The translations under genes were made by a program, and so were the position numbers. From assembly GCA_017468435.1 (NCBI GenBank), contig JAFUIP010000002.1:2025-66024 (forward strand): 64,000 nt of DNA, given 5' to 3'. The notes under the pieces are model-generated. The model was not told where the DNA came from, ran no database searches, and saw nothing but the letters and a program-made list of their open reading frames with translations. Of this stretch, positions 34,676 through 45,100 are shown in pieces. The number at the start of each line of letters is the position of its first letter. The first letter of the stretch is position 1. Source of the DNA: Bacteroidales bacterium (GTDB lineage: Bacteria; Bacteroidota; Bacteroidia; Bacteroidales; UBA1402).

Positions 34676-37600
34676 TTACTTCACCAAAACCTTGGTCATC
34701 TGACCATTAACATTCAAAATGTACATACCGCTGTTCAAAGCGCCAACTTCGTTCAAACCTGCGTTCAAAGCCTTGCTGGCAATCTTCTGACCACTGATAT
34801 GATAGATGTCAACCTTAGCAGCTTCTACCGTGTTGATGAACAACTTGCCATTGTTAGCAAATACAGTGATATTGCTGCTTTCAACCTTTTCGATAGCATC
34901 GGGTTTCGGAGCCACACCATAGCAAAGACCGGCACCAATGTAGTTGTACGCAGGATCGTAGGGGTGAGCCAAACCGAGGGTATAAACTTCATATTCGGTA
35001 GGAATAGCACCAGCGAAATCTTCTGTATCTTCGTCGAATTCAATCCAGTCGTTCACGCAGTTCCAATCGAGAGGTTCGTCTCTGTTCACTTCAACCATCG
35101 AAGTAGCAGAAAGCTTCAGGTTGTCGGTGGCAGGAGCATCGATAGGAGCCAATGGGTTTGCACCATAGGTATCGTCACTGCTGTAGTATTCACCTTCATA
35201 GTAGTTCTTCAAAACGTTGATGCTGTAAGACTTAACCTGAGTACCATCGAAGAGATCCAACTGACCGGTAGGATAGTTCACATCGCTCCAACGTTTGTAG
35301 AAGATATTGTTGGTAATGTCGATATTAACATCGAAGCCTACAGGAGTCTTGTTGAATTCCAAGAAGTTACGATACTTATCATTAGCGTTGCCACCAACCT
35401 TGTAGAATACGTTGTTGCTAATCTTGATGTTGATGGTAGAATCGGCAGGATTCAAAGCACCTTCACGAGAGATGTTGAACATCTGTGAACCGTGGAAGTT
35501 CTTCACGATGTTTTCGATGAAGTAGAAGTTGTTGATGGTGTAAGCACCCTTCACGTCGAACTGGATGAAGTGGAATGCAACATTACCATCGGCCGTAGCA
35601 CCACCAAAGTTGTTAAATTCGTTGAAGTCCATCACAATCTTGCCAATGGTCAAACCGGTACCGGCGCCTTCGTCGTAACACTTGTTAGCACGGATAACAG
35701 CTTGCATTTCCAAGTTTTCGAAAGTAGAATTAGTGATATGGAACAAACCGATGTAACCATCCTTATTCTGGAAGTAGAAGGGAGAATAAGAATCGGCATT
35801 ATAACCGGCAATTCTTACTGAGTCGAGCAAGGTAGGATCGTTCCAGTTCAAACCATTGATAAGCAATTCGTCCAATTTAACAGCGTTGTTAGGAGCGATG
35901 TTACCGAACAGAACAGGCTTGTGACCTTCGGCGTTGCGGATGATAAGTTTACCACCGGTTGAAGGATAAGTGAAGCCTGTCATACCCATTTGGTAAACTC
36001 CCAGAGGATCTTCCGTATTATCTTCCAATTCAATGATATCACCACCGATAGCCAGTTCGAGAGCAGTCTTCAATTCCTGAGCAGTCTTCACGGTGAATAC
36101 GGTTTCATCACCGGCCTTACGAGATACATAGTTGGCAGAAGCACCCAGATAAGCACGGCTCAAACCAGATTCGACACCACCGGTAAACATGGGCGACAAC
36201 TTGCTGATCTGTGTCAAAGCTTCATCGTCGAATACCTTTTCAACACCGAGAGATTCTTTGGTAACCACTTCGTATGCAGGAATATTCCAGTTGTATTCAC
36301 CAGGAACGAATTCGCCTTCTTCCACGAAGTTCTTGTCAACATTCAACAAAGCACCGAAGTGAACAGCTGTAACAACGGTAGAATCGCTGCCATCGGTAGC
36401 TTTTTCGATAGTCGTGTAATAAATGCTGTCGGGAGCAGTGTAAAGATGCATCATTGCGCTACCAGCATTGTAGAACAAGTTGTTGTTCACCACTACGGCA
36501 ACAGAATCGAATTGCTGAGCTTCAGGCATATCAATCAAGCTGATAGCTTCACTTCTTTCCTTGTTTCTGAATGTGTTGTTGCTGATGTTTACCGACATAA
36601 GTTCGTCACCATCGTCTTCAGTATCGTCGATTTCCTTGGTAGCAACAGTCTGCCAGCCAAGCAAAGTGTTGATCTTCGCATCGTAGAAGCGGTTTTCCTT
36701 TACACTAACCTTGTTACAGTTAATAGCAGCACCTTCCACGTTGATAAGAGTAGCCACGTCAACGCCATCGAAGAGACAGTTGTTCAAGGTGATGGTCTTC
36801 ACTTGGATGCTGTCGCCGGCCAATGCGATAAAGCCTTCGTTCACAGCTTCGAAAGTACAGTTGTCAAACTTCAATTCATCGCGAACCTTATCGTTCTTCT
36901 TCAATGACAAAACAGCCGTTTGGCCAGCAGCTTGCTTGAAGGTGATATTCTTGAAGGTCAAGTAAGTAGCATTCAATTTTTCCTTATCGGCCAAAAGACC
37001 TGAAACAACAACTTGGTCGTCAGAGCTGTTAGCTTGGAAGGTAATATTGTTGCCACCGAAACTGAAATCAGCAGGAATGGTATAAACTGCACCTTCGTCG
37101 GTAGAAGTCTTCATCTTGATAACGGGAGTCGTCAAGTTCAGCACACCATAATCGTAATCGGCAGCCAAAACCAATTGAGCAGAATTTTCAACCACGGCAC
37201 CACTTGCGTTCAATTCGAAAGTAGGCTTCACGAAGTTACCACCCTTCTTCAAGTAAGCAGTAGCATTGATCAGAAGTTGCTGACCCTTGCTGTTGATAGA
37301 AGTAGAATTGTTGGCAGACAAGTCAATGAACAAATACTTGGCCTTGGGGTTGGTGTAATCTTCGTAAATAGCAGCAGCACCTGAATTGTTACCTGAAGCC
37401 AAAACATAAGTACCTTCGGCAGCAGCAACAGAAACGCCGGCAGCAGCGCCATCAAAGATATTAGGAATAGTCATCTTTTCTTCGTCCAGATCAATGCTGG
37501 TGAAAATAGGATGATAATAGAATTCTTCGGCATAAACCATTGCGGTATCCAGAGGATCTGCAGAAGCCTTGGCATTAGCATTCCAGTTGAGGAAAGCCTG

Positions 37601-39439
37601 AGCGTTGAAGTTCAAGAAAGCCTTCTTGCCAATCAAAGCCTTGGCGAAATCGAGATCTTCGGCAGCCATGTAAGGACTGGCAACCACCACGTCGTAATCG
37701 GCAAAAGCAGCCACTACGTCTTCGGCAGAAGCAGCGCTCAATTTACTCCAAGCATCCTTGGCGATAACGCTTACCTTGAAGTTTTCATTTTCCTTCATGT
37801 AAGGCAACAACTTATCGGCAGCATCAGCTCCATCAGAAAGACCCAAAACATGAACACGATCCTTGGCGGGAGTGATATAAGCCACCTTGGGAGCGCCGTC
37901 TGCGGCATCGTTATAGTCGTTGTAACCCTTGAAAGTCAGGTTAGCCAAGTCGAATTCAACCGTACCCGAAATAGCGCCCTTACCCATCATGATACGGATT
38001 ATCAGGTTCTTCTGGTTGGCAAATTCGTTAGGAATAGCAATAGAAGCATGAGCCATCTGAGTAGAAGGATTAGCCGAGTTGTCGAGCGTATCCAGAACGG
38101 TACATGCAGCATCACCATTGATGAATGCAGAAACGATTACCTGGTTGTTGGCACCACGCAAAGCATAGTCGAAATCCATGGTCAGATCCTGGAAACCGAT
38201 AGTAGGTACTTTAATTTCAAAATAGTTGGCATGTTCAGCCACAGTGTCATAGCTAACAGAGTCGTGAGTAGCCGAGATGATATTCAACTTGGTAGCATAG
38301 GTATCGAATGATTCATCATAACCCAAGTAGATGTAAGAAGTGGCAGACAAAACCGATCTTACCACACCGAGGTCAGAAGCATAACGAACATAACCTTGTG
38401 AGCTCCAGCCGTTTTCTTTCTTCAAAGGCTTATCCAACTCAACAGTACCCGAAGGCTTGGTCTGATAAGAGAAGGTAAATGCAGAGTGAGTTCCGTCATA
38501 CACAGGCACTTCGCCCTTTTCGATGGTACCATAAATCTTGATACGGTTGATGGTGGTTCCTTCCCACATACCCCAACGTTCACAAGCCACATAACGATCG
38601 CGAACGGTGCCATCTTCATCGGTAACGGTTTCACCCGAGAACATCTGTTTGTTCTTCACGGCGTTGTTATCCTTGCAGAAGTGAGCCAAAGTACCCTTGG
38701 TGTTATCAGCGAAATAGTCTTTGTGAGAACCCAAAACAACGATAGTGGTTGAATCGCCGGGGCCAACATGTTGAGGTTTGAAACCGATGGCACGTACAGC
38801 ACCCCAGTTACCACCATTGTGATAAACATTGGTTCTCATGGTACCGCCCAAACCGTGGAAAACACCCTTGTCACAAGGAATCACTTCACTGACACCTACT
38901 TCGTAAACCATCAGAGAATAATAGTTGTTTGAGCCCAAACCCTGAATATAAATAGAGTCACAAGTCTTGGGAACTTTGATAACGATAGAGTCAGAAGGAC
39001 GATAGAATTTGTTGTCTGCCTTTGAATAAGTCCAAGGAAGATTCTTTTCATCACCTTTCAACTTAAGGTAATCGGCATATTCCAAAATAAATCTCTCACC
39101 ATTGGCAGTGGCATCATCTGCCTTACGTTGCTTGATATGCAGCGCTGCCATAGGTTTACCCTTGGCATCTTCCAGCTTGGTACCGGGTTTAAAGCCGAAA
39201 TCTTCGAGATAAATCTCTTCCATACTACGACCAACCACCAAATCGGTCTTAAATTCGATGCCGGGTGACCAAATCATAAAATCCGGCAACACAAATTTTG
39301 AGTGCATGGAAGAGTCTGCGAACGCTCCTGAATCCCAGATAATGTAGTCATCAGGATCGGTAATGATAGCCCAGGCTTGAGGTGTGGCCAAAAGCATCAT
39401 TGCAACCACCGCCAAACAAAATGAAGTAAATCTTTTCAT
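34676..39439 (-). CDS. 1587-aa secreted right-handed beta-helix (pectate-lyase-fold-like) protein with T9SS C-terminal sorting domain
   Basis: It has a signal peptide. Repeated helix-turn motifs include NITFKQAAG, FDNCTFEA, LNNCLFDG, ISNNTFRN, VVNNNLFYN, ISNNVFYK and ITNNIFYK. The segment TVKTAQELKTALELAIGGDIIEL resembles a lyase N-terminus. The tail is VDIYHISGQKIASKALNAGLNEVGALNSGMYILNVNGQMTKVLVK. Confidence 0.7.
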   Translation of the reverse strand: MKRFTSFCLAVVAMMLLATPQAWAIITDPDDYIIWDSGAFADSSMHSKFVLPDFMIWSPGIEFKTDLVVGRSMEEIYLEDFGFKPGTKLEDAKGKPMAALHIKQRKADDATANGERFILEYADYLKLKGDEKNLPWTYSKADNKFYRPSDSIVIKVPKTCDSIYIQGLGSNNYYSLMVYEVGVSEVIPCDKGVFHGLGGTMRTNVYHNGGNWGAVRAIGFKPQHVGPGDSTTIVVLGSHKDYFADNTKGTLAHFCKDNNAVKNKQMFSGETVTDEDGTVRDRYVACERWGMWEGTTINRIKIYGTIEKGEVPVYDGTHSAFTFSYQTKPSGTVELDKPLKKENGWSSQGYVRYASDLGVVRSVLSATSYIYLGYDESFDTYATKLNIISATHDSVSYDTVAEHANYFEIKVPTIGFQDLTMDFDYALRGANNQVIVSAFINGDAACTVLDTLDNSANPSTQMAHASIAIPNEFANQKNLIIRIMMGKGAISGTVEFDLANLTFKGYNDYNDAADGAPKVAYITPAKDRVHVLGLSDGADAADKLLPYMKENENFKVSVIAKDAWSKLSAASAEDVVAAFADYDVVVASPYMAAEDLDFAKALIGKKAFLNFNAQAFLNWNANAKASADPLDTAMVYAEEFYYHPIFTSIDLDEEKMTIPNIFDGAAAGVSVAAAEGTYVLASGNNSGAAAIYEDYTNPKAKYLFIDLSANNSTSINSKGQQLLINATAYLKKGGNFVKPTFELNASGAVVENSAQLVLAADYDYGVLNLTTPVIKMKTSTDEGAVYTIPADFSFGGNNITFQANSSDDQVVVSGLLADKEKLNATYLTFKNITFKQAAGQTAVLSLKKNDKVRDELKFDNCTFEAVNEGFIALAGDSIQVKTITLNNCLFDGVDVATLINVEGAAINCNKVSVKENRFYDAKINTLLGWQTVATKEIDDTEDDGDELMSVNISNNTFRNKERSEAISLIDMPEAQQFDSVAVVVNNNLFYNAGSAMMHLYTAPDSIYYTTIEKATDGSDSTVVTAVHFGALLNVDKNFVEEGEFVPGEYNWNIPAYEVVTKESLGVEKVFDDEALTQISKLSPMFTGGVESGLSRAYLGASANYVSRKAGDETVFTVKTAQELKTALELAIGGDIIELEDNTEDPLGVYQMGMTGFTYPSTGGKLIIRNAEGHKPVLFGNIAPNNAVKLDELLINGLNWNDPTLLDSVRIAGYNADSYSPFYFQNKDGYIGLFHITNSTFENLEMQAVIRANKCYDEGAGTGLTIGKIVMDFNEFNNFGGATADGNVAFHFIQFDVKGAYTINNFYFIENIVKNFHGSQMFNISREGALNPADSTINIKISNNVFYKVGGNANDKYRNFLEFNKTPVGFDVNIDITNNIFYKRWSDVNYPTGQLDLFDGTQVKSYSINVLKNYYEGEYYSSDDTYGANPLAPIDAPATDNLKLSATSMVEVNRDEPLDWNCVNDWIEFDEDTEDFAGAIPTEYEVYTLGLAHPYDPAYNYIGAGLCYGVAPKPDAIEKVESSNITVFANNGKLFINTVEAAKVDIYHISGQKIASKALNAGLNEVGALNSGMYILNVNGQMTKVLVK

Positions 39440-39634
39440 AAAAGTTTGAAGTTTAAATAGTTAGTAAAAATTGAATCCAAATTCACAAAAGTCTGCAATG
39501 ATACAAATTCTTGTCAAGAAATACAAGAAGAGAAAGTACATTTAACACATTAAAAAGCGCTCTCGCCTGAAATAATTTATACTTTTGCAACAGATTTCCA
39601 TCTCACAGAATAATACGCCAAAACCAAAACCAAG

Positions 39635-40363
39635 ATGATTATCCGCAAAATTTCCAGCAATATTCAAAACGCCCACGACATCGTGGAAGCCATGGACAAG
39701 GCTCAGGTAAGTTGGCAAAACATAGCCCAAGTCAATTGGGTGCAATTTCCTTACTGCCCCGATGTCCGTTTCCGCATCGCCTACAATGAAAAATCCTTAT
39801 TGCTTCATTATCAAGTGAATGAGAATTTTACAAAAGCTGAAGTTGCCGAAGACAATGGCGCCATTTGGACCGATTCTTGCGTGGAATGTTTCATCAATCC
39901 TGGCGGAAATCTTTTGCCCAAAGCGGAAGCCGAAAAAAGCACAGACACCGGAGAACTTGCGGAAGCCGGCGAATATTATTACAACATCGAAGCCAACGCC
40001 ATCGGACAATTGTTGATTGGCTGCGGCAAGGATCGCCACGACAGGGTGCGTGCCGATAAAGAAGTGAGAGACAAGGTGTTGAGATGGAGTAGTTTGGGTC
40101 GCGAGCCCTTTGGCGAGCGACCGCAACCTCAGCCTTGGGAGCTGTGCTTGGTCGTTCCTTTCAGCTGTTTTTTCAGGCACGACATCCACACTTTGGACGG
40201 CGCTCACATCAAGGCAAATTTCTACAAATGCGGCGATGGATTGTCAGTGCCTCACTACCTTTCCTGGCAGCCCATCCACAGCGAAAAGCCCGACTTTCAT
40301 CGCCCGGAATTCTTCGGCGAGATGAAGTGCAAGCCAGACATTCAGAGCAAGCTAAACATTTAG
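39635..40363 (+). CDS. carbohydrate-binding family 9-like protein (tentative)
   Basis: A 242-aa ORF with no signal peptide. FRIAYNEKSLLLHYQV, WTDSCVECFINPGG and ANFYKCGD resemble the CBM9-like family pattern. Confidence 0.5.
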   Translation: MIIRKISSNIQNAHDIVEAMDKAQVSWQNIAQVNWVQFPYCPDVRFRIAYNEKSLLLHYQVNENFTKAEVAEDNGAIWTDSCVECFINPGGNLLPKAEAEKSTDTGELAEAGEYYYNIEANAIGQLLIGCGKDRHDRVRADKEVRDKVLRWSSLGREPFGERPQPQPWELCLVVPFSCFFRHDIHTLDGAHIKANFYKCGDGLSVPHYLSWQPIHSEKPDFHRPEFFGEMKCKPDIQSKLNI

Positions 40364-40391
40364 TGCAAGCCGGACATTCAGTGCCAATAAT

Positions 40392-42005
40392 TTAGCGAAG
40401 CTCCACAAAGCAAGAAGCTGTTTCAGAGGAAGTTTGCATCAACACAAACACGCCCGCGCCGAGCATTGCTTCCTGCCCGAGTGGCAAGTGTTGTACATGG
40501 TCTCCGGCCTGCAAACTCATAACCTTGCTGAAGCAACATCTACCGGCGAGATCGTACACTGAAAATTGCACCTTTTCGGGTTTTGACAGAGAAAACGAGC
40601 AGGCGATTTCCGAAGGTGCCACAGCCATCACCTGCCAATCAAAAGGGCGCTTTTTCGCCTTATTTTTCCATAACTTCTTTAAAGAGGAAGGCTTGTCGTC
40701 GGCTTGCAGATGCTTCAGGAAAAAGTCATACATTGCCTCAAGCGAAGCGGCGTCGTTCGGCACGGCATGTCCCGATGAATAATCGACAAGCATCTCATTT
40801 TCAACGCCAATCTTATCCAACAAAGCCTTCAGCGACAAAACCTGATGCTTGTAATACTGCTCATCGCTACTATTGTAGAAGAAGAAAACCGGAGCCGTCG
40901 TTTTATCGGAAATCAGATAGGGCGCACCCTGCGATTCCCATTTTTCACGGTTCGAAGATAGAGCTCCCCAAACATTGGCACAACGCTTTTCTAAAGCCTC
41001 ATCACCAGCTGTACCGGCATCGTAAATCAAGGTATAATCGAACACGCCCGGCCCCAAGGCGGCCACTTGCACCGCACTCGAAATGCCCTGATACAGACCG
41101 GCATTCTCAAAATCTTCCACATATTTGTTGCCGATGGCCAATGAAGCCGCCGTCGAGCCGCGAGAGAATCCATAAATACCAATGTTGCCGGATAAACCCA
41201 AAGCCTCGCCCTTGAAGCGCAAGGTCCTAATAGCCGATTTTACTTTTCTCACAGCATCCGGATTGGTCTCGAAAGAGCCGAAATCCTTGTTGGCACCGCC
41301 TTGAGGTTTGCCGTTTCCCCAATCACAATATTTCGGATGATCTGCCATCGCCCAGGCCATGCCCACAGCCGGCGCGCCTTGCAAGAAACTATCGTCAAAC
41401 ATAGCCAAGGTATAGCCCAAAAACAGACGTTTATGTTCATTGCCATGCCAGCTATTGCTGTAAGAGAAGGAAATAATCGTAGGAACCGCTTTGGAAGGAT
41501 TGGCCGGATACGCAATGTCCATATACAACGAATCGCCCTGCTGATAGCCTCCCGGCCAGTTATACACCGTCGGATCGTCCAAATAATACGACACATCCCT
41601 GGCTATACGATAACCTTCGAAAAGCACATACGAACGATGATCCGAGCAAGACGAAGCGCCCGCGAAAGAACCCTTGTTCAAAGCATCGTTGATAGCCACG
41701 ATATCGGCATTCAAATATGGAGACTTGGCTTTTTCATGATGCGCATAATCCACTTCCACCACGCGATAGCCCTCGTCGAGCAGCCATTGCACATCTTCTT
41801 CCAAAGTATTCTGACCAATCTTCTCACAAGAAAGATTCTCCAAATAAACCACCGTCATATATCGTCCGCCGGCATCTTTCTTAGGATGCGCAGACTCTCT
41901 GACACGCGTTTCAACATCCACACCGACAGCCACACTCTGCCAAGCCGACAGAGGCAAAGAGAATAGACTGAGCATCAGCCCAACAATCAAAAAATATCGT
42001 TTCAT
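40392..42005 (-). CDS. secreted alpha/beta-hydrolase (esterase) with probable T9SS C-terminal sorting domain
   Basis: I chose the start at MKRYFLIVGLMLSLFSLPLSA. The nucleophile elbow is GIYGFSRGS (GxSxG). The C-terminal ~80 aa (VQFSVYDLAGRCCFSKVMSLQAGDHVQHL...GVFVLMQT...) are CTD-like. Confidence 0.7.
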   Translation of the reverse strand: MKRYFLIVGLMLSLFSLPLSAWQSVAVGVDVETRVRESAHPKKDAGGRYMTVVYLENLSCEKIGQNTLEEDVQWLLDEGYRVVEVDYAHHEKAKSPYLNADIVAINDALNKGSFAGASSCSDHRSYVLFEGYRIARDVSYYLDDPTVYNWPGGYQQGDSLYMDIAYPANPSKAVPTIISFSYSNSWHGNEHKRLFLGYTLAMFDDSFLQGAPAVGMAWAMADHPKYCDWGNGKPQGGANKDFGSFETNPDAVRKVKSAIRTLRFKGEALGLSGNIGIYGFSRGSTAASLAIGNKYVEDFENAGLYQGISSAVQVAALGPGVFDYTLIYDAGTAGDEALEKRCANVWGALSSNREKWESQGAPYLISDKTTAPVFFFYNSSDEQYYKHQVLSLKALLDKIGVENEMLVDYSSGHAVPNDAASLEAMYDFFLKHLQADDKPSSLKKLWKNKAKKRPFDWQVMAVAPSEIACSFSLSKPEKVQFSVYDLAGRCCFSKVMSLQAGDHVQHLPLGQEAMLGAGVFVLMQTSSETASCFVELR

Positions 42006-42071
42006 AGCATGCTTACAATTTTGCTCACGAAGATAAAGCATTTCTCAGAAGAAACCATCTTGTAAGACGAT

Positions 42072-42105
42072 AAAAAAAGAGGCCACGTCCGATGGACGCA
42101 GCCTC
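42072..42105 (-). terminator. terminator after nifJ
   Basis: On the minus strand the sequence is GAGGCTGCGTCC-ATC-GGACGTGGCCTC (2 internal mismatches) followed by TTTTTTTA. Confidence 0.6.
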
Positions 42106-42127
42106 CCCTACTATAAATCGGTATCAA

Positions 42128-45100
42128 TTATTCTTGATTCCAATCTTGTCCGGCCATACGCTTGTAAGATTTGTAACGCCACTTAGCGTTGTCTTCGGCA
42201 GCCTGGAACAATTCTTCAGCTTCGGCAGGATACTGCTTCATAACAGAAGCGTAACGTACTTCGCCCTTGAGGAAGTTCTTGAATTCATCCCAGTTAGGTT
42301 CTTTTGAATCCAAGGTGAAGGGGTTCTTACCTTCGGCTTCCAACATGGGGTTGTAACGCCACAAGTGCCAGTAACCACATGCTACAGCAGCAGCTTCTTC
42401 AGCCTGGCTCTTGCCCATACCGGCCTTCAAACCGTGGTTGATACAAGGAGCATAAGCAATGATGATAGAAGGACCGTCATAAGCTTCAGCTTCGCGGATA
42501 GCCTTCAAAGTCTGAGCCTGGTCGGCACCCATAGCAATCTGAGCAGCATATACATAACCGTAAGTGGTAGCAATCAGACCAAGGTCTTTCTTACGTACAC
42601 GCTTACCGGCAGCAGCAAACTTGGCGATAGCACCCACAGGAGTAGCCTTTGAAGCCTGACCACCGGTGTTAGAATAAACTTCGGTATCCAAAACCAAGAT
42701 GTTAACGTTCTTACCAGAAGCAATCACGTGGTCGAGACCGCCGTAACCGATATCGTATGAAGCACCGTCACCACCGATGATCCACTGGCTACGCTTAACC
42801 AAGAACTTAGACAGTTCGGCAATTTCCTTGCAGTACTTGCAAGAGCAAGCCTTCACCATAGGAGTGATCTTGTCGGCCAATTCGCGGCTCTTGTCGGCAT
42901 CGTTGTGGAATTCGATCCATTCCTTGAACAAGCCCTTCAGTTCGTCGCTGCAGCAATCGCAAGACTGAGCTTCGGTCATGATGCGGATAAGACGTTCAAC
43001 CATCTTTTCGTAAGCCAGCTGCATACCCATACCATATTCGCAGAAGTCTTCGAACAAAGAGTTAGCCCAAGCAGGACCATGACCCTTTTCGTTGGTGGTA
43101 TAAGGAGTAGAAGGAACTGAACCAGAGTAGATAGAGGTACAACCCGTAGCATTGGCAACGATTTCGCGATCACCAAACAATTGAGAGATCAACTTTACAT
43201 AAGGAGTTTCACCACAACCTGAGCAAGCACCTGAGAACTCAAACAAAGGAGTAGCGAACTGAGAGTTCTTGGGATTAGACTTGATGTCAACCAAGTGTTG
43301 TTTGCTCTTCACATTCTTCACGCAATATTCCCAATTGGCAGCTTCGCTCAACTGACTTTCAAGGTGAACCATCTTGAGAGCCTTGCCACCAGCCTTAGGA
43401 TTACCGGGACAAACATCCACACAGTTACCACAACCCAAGCAGTCGAGAACGCCTACCTGAATACGGAACTTCATGCCCTTCATAGCGGCAGGAGCCTTCA
43501 TTTCAATCATTTCAGCATTCAAACTGGCAGCTTCAGCATCGTCCATAACGATAGGACGGATACAAGCGTGAGGACAAACGTAAGCACACTTGTTACATTG
43601 GATACAGTTGGCAGCATCCCATACAGGAACGAAAGCGCCTACACCACGTTTTTCATATTGAGCAGTACCGGCATCCCAAGTACCATCTTCGCGACCCTTG
43701 AAAGCAGAAACAGGCAACAAGTCACCATCCTGAGCATTGATAGGACGAACCACTTCGTTGATGAAAGCGGGATCGTTGTTGGCAACAGCAGCTTCATCAG
43801 GCAGGTTAGCCCAAGCGGGATCGATGGTCAATTGTTGGTATTCGCCACCACGGTCAACAGCTGCATTGTTCTTGTCAACGATATCCTGACCCTTCTTACC
43901 ATAAGACTTCACGATGAACTTCTTCATCTGTTCAACGGCCAAATCTACAGGAATAACGCCGGTGATACGGAAGAAAGCAGACTGCAAGATGGTGTTGGTA
44001 CGGTTACCCAAACCGATTTCCTGAGCAATCTGAGTAGCGTTGATGTAATAAACAGAAATATTCTTCTGAGCGAAATAACGTTTTACCTTAGCGGGCAAGT
44101 TCTTGGCCAATTCTTCGGCATTCCAGATGGTATTCAACAAGAAAGTACCATTCTGACGCAAACCGCGGGTAACATCGTACATATTCAAGTAAGCCTGAAC
44201 GTGGCAAGCAACGAAGTTAGGCGTATTTACCAAGTAGGTAGAACGGATAGGCGTATCACCGAAACGCAAGTGCGAGCAAGTGAAACCACCAGATTTCTTA
44301 GAGTCGTATGAGAAATAAGCCTGACAATGCTTGTCGGTATTGTCACCGATAATCTTTACAGAGTTCTTGTTGGCACCAACAGTACCATCAGCACCCAAAC
44401 CATAGAACTTAGCTTCGAACATACCTTCACCGCCAACGGCAATTTCTTCACCCTGAGGCAGAGAAGTAAAGGTAACGTCGTCCACGATACCGATGGTGAA
44501 CTGATTCTTGGGCTGAGGAAGAGCCAAGTTTTCGTAAACAGCCAAAATCTGAGCAGGAGTGGTATCCTTTGAGCCCAAACCATAACGACCACCAACGATG
44601 AGAACATCCTTATGAGCAGCCAATTCTGCAGCCTTAGCAAATGCTTCAACAACATCGAGGTAAAGAGGTTCGCCATTGGCACCGGGTTCTTTGGTACGAT
44701 CGAGCACGCAAACACGCTTAACGGTAGCGGGCAATACTTCAGCCAGATATTTAACTGAGAAAGGACGATACAAATGAACTGAAATCAAACCGACCTTTTC
44801 GCCCTGAGCCATCTTATAGTCAATCACTTCGCGGATAGCTTCGGTAACAGAACCCATGGCAATGATGATGTTTTCTGCATCGGGAGCACCATAATAAGTG
44901 AAAGGCTTGTATTCGCGACCGGTGATCTTAGAGATTTCCTTCATATAATCAGCTACAATATCAGGAACTGCATCGTAGAAAGGATTGCAAGATTCTCTGT
45001 GCTGGAAGAAGTGGTCGGGGTTTTCAGCCATACCACGCATCACGGGAGCATCGGGATTCAAAGCACGGGCACGGAATTCAGCCAAAGCTTCCTGATCGAT

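Noticed and set aside
6606-42005. Calling the CAZyme set a polysaccharide utilization locus (PUL).
   Set aside because: No SusC-like TonB-dependent transporter, SusD-like protein or sensor/regulator is seen in any frame, and the genes are interrupted by unrelated housekeeping genes. It is reported instead as a scattered T9SS-cargo set.
43295-44311. 338-aa plus-strand ORF opposite nifJ.
   Set aside because: PFOR on the minus strand is unambiguous (ferredoxin and TPP motifs), so this is an antisense shadow.
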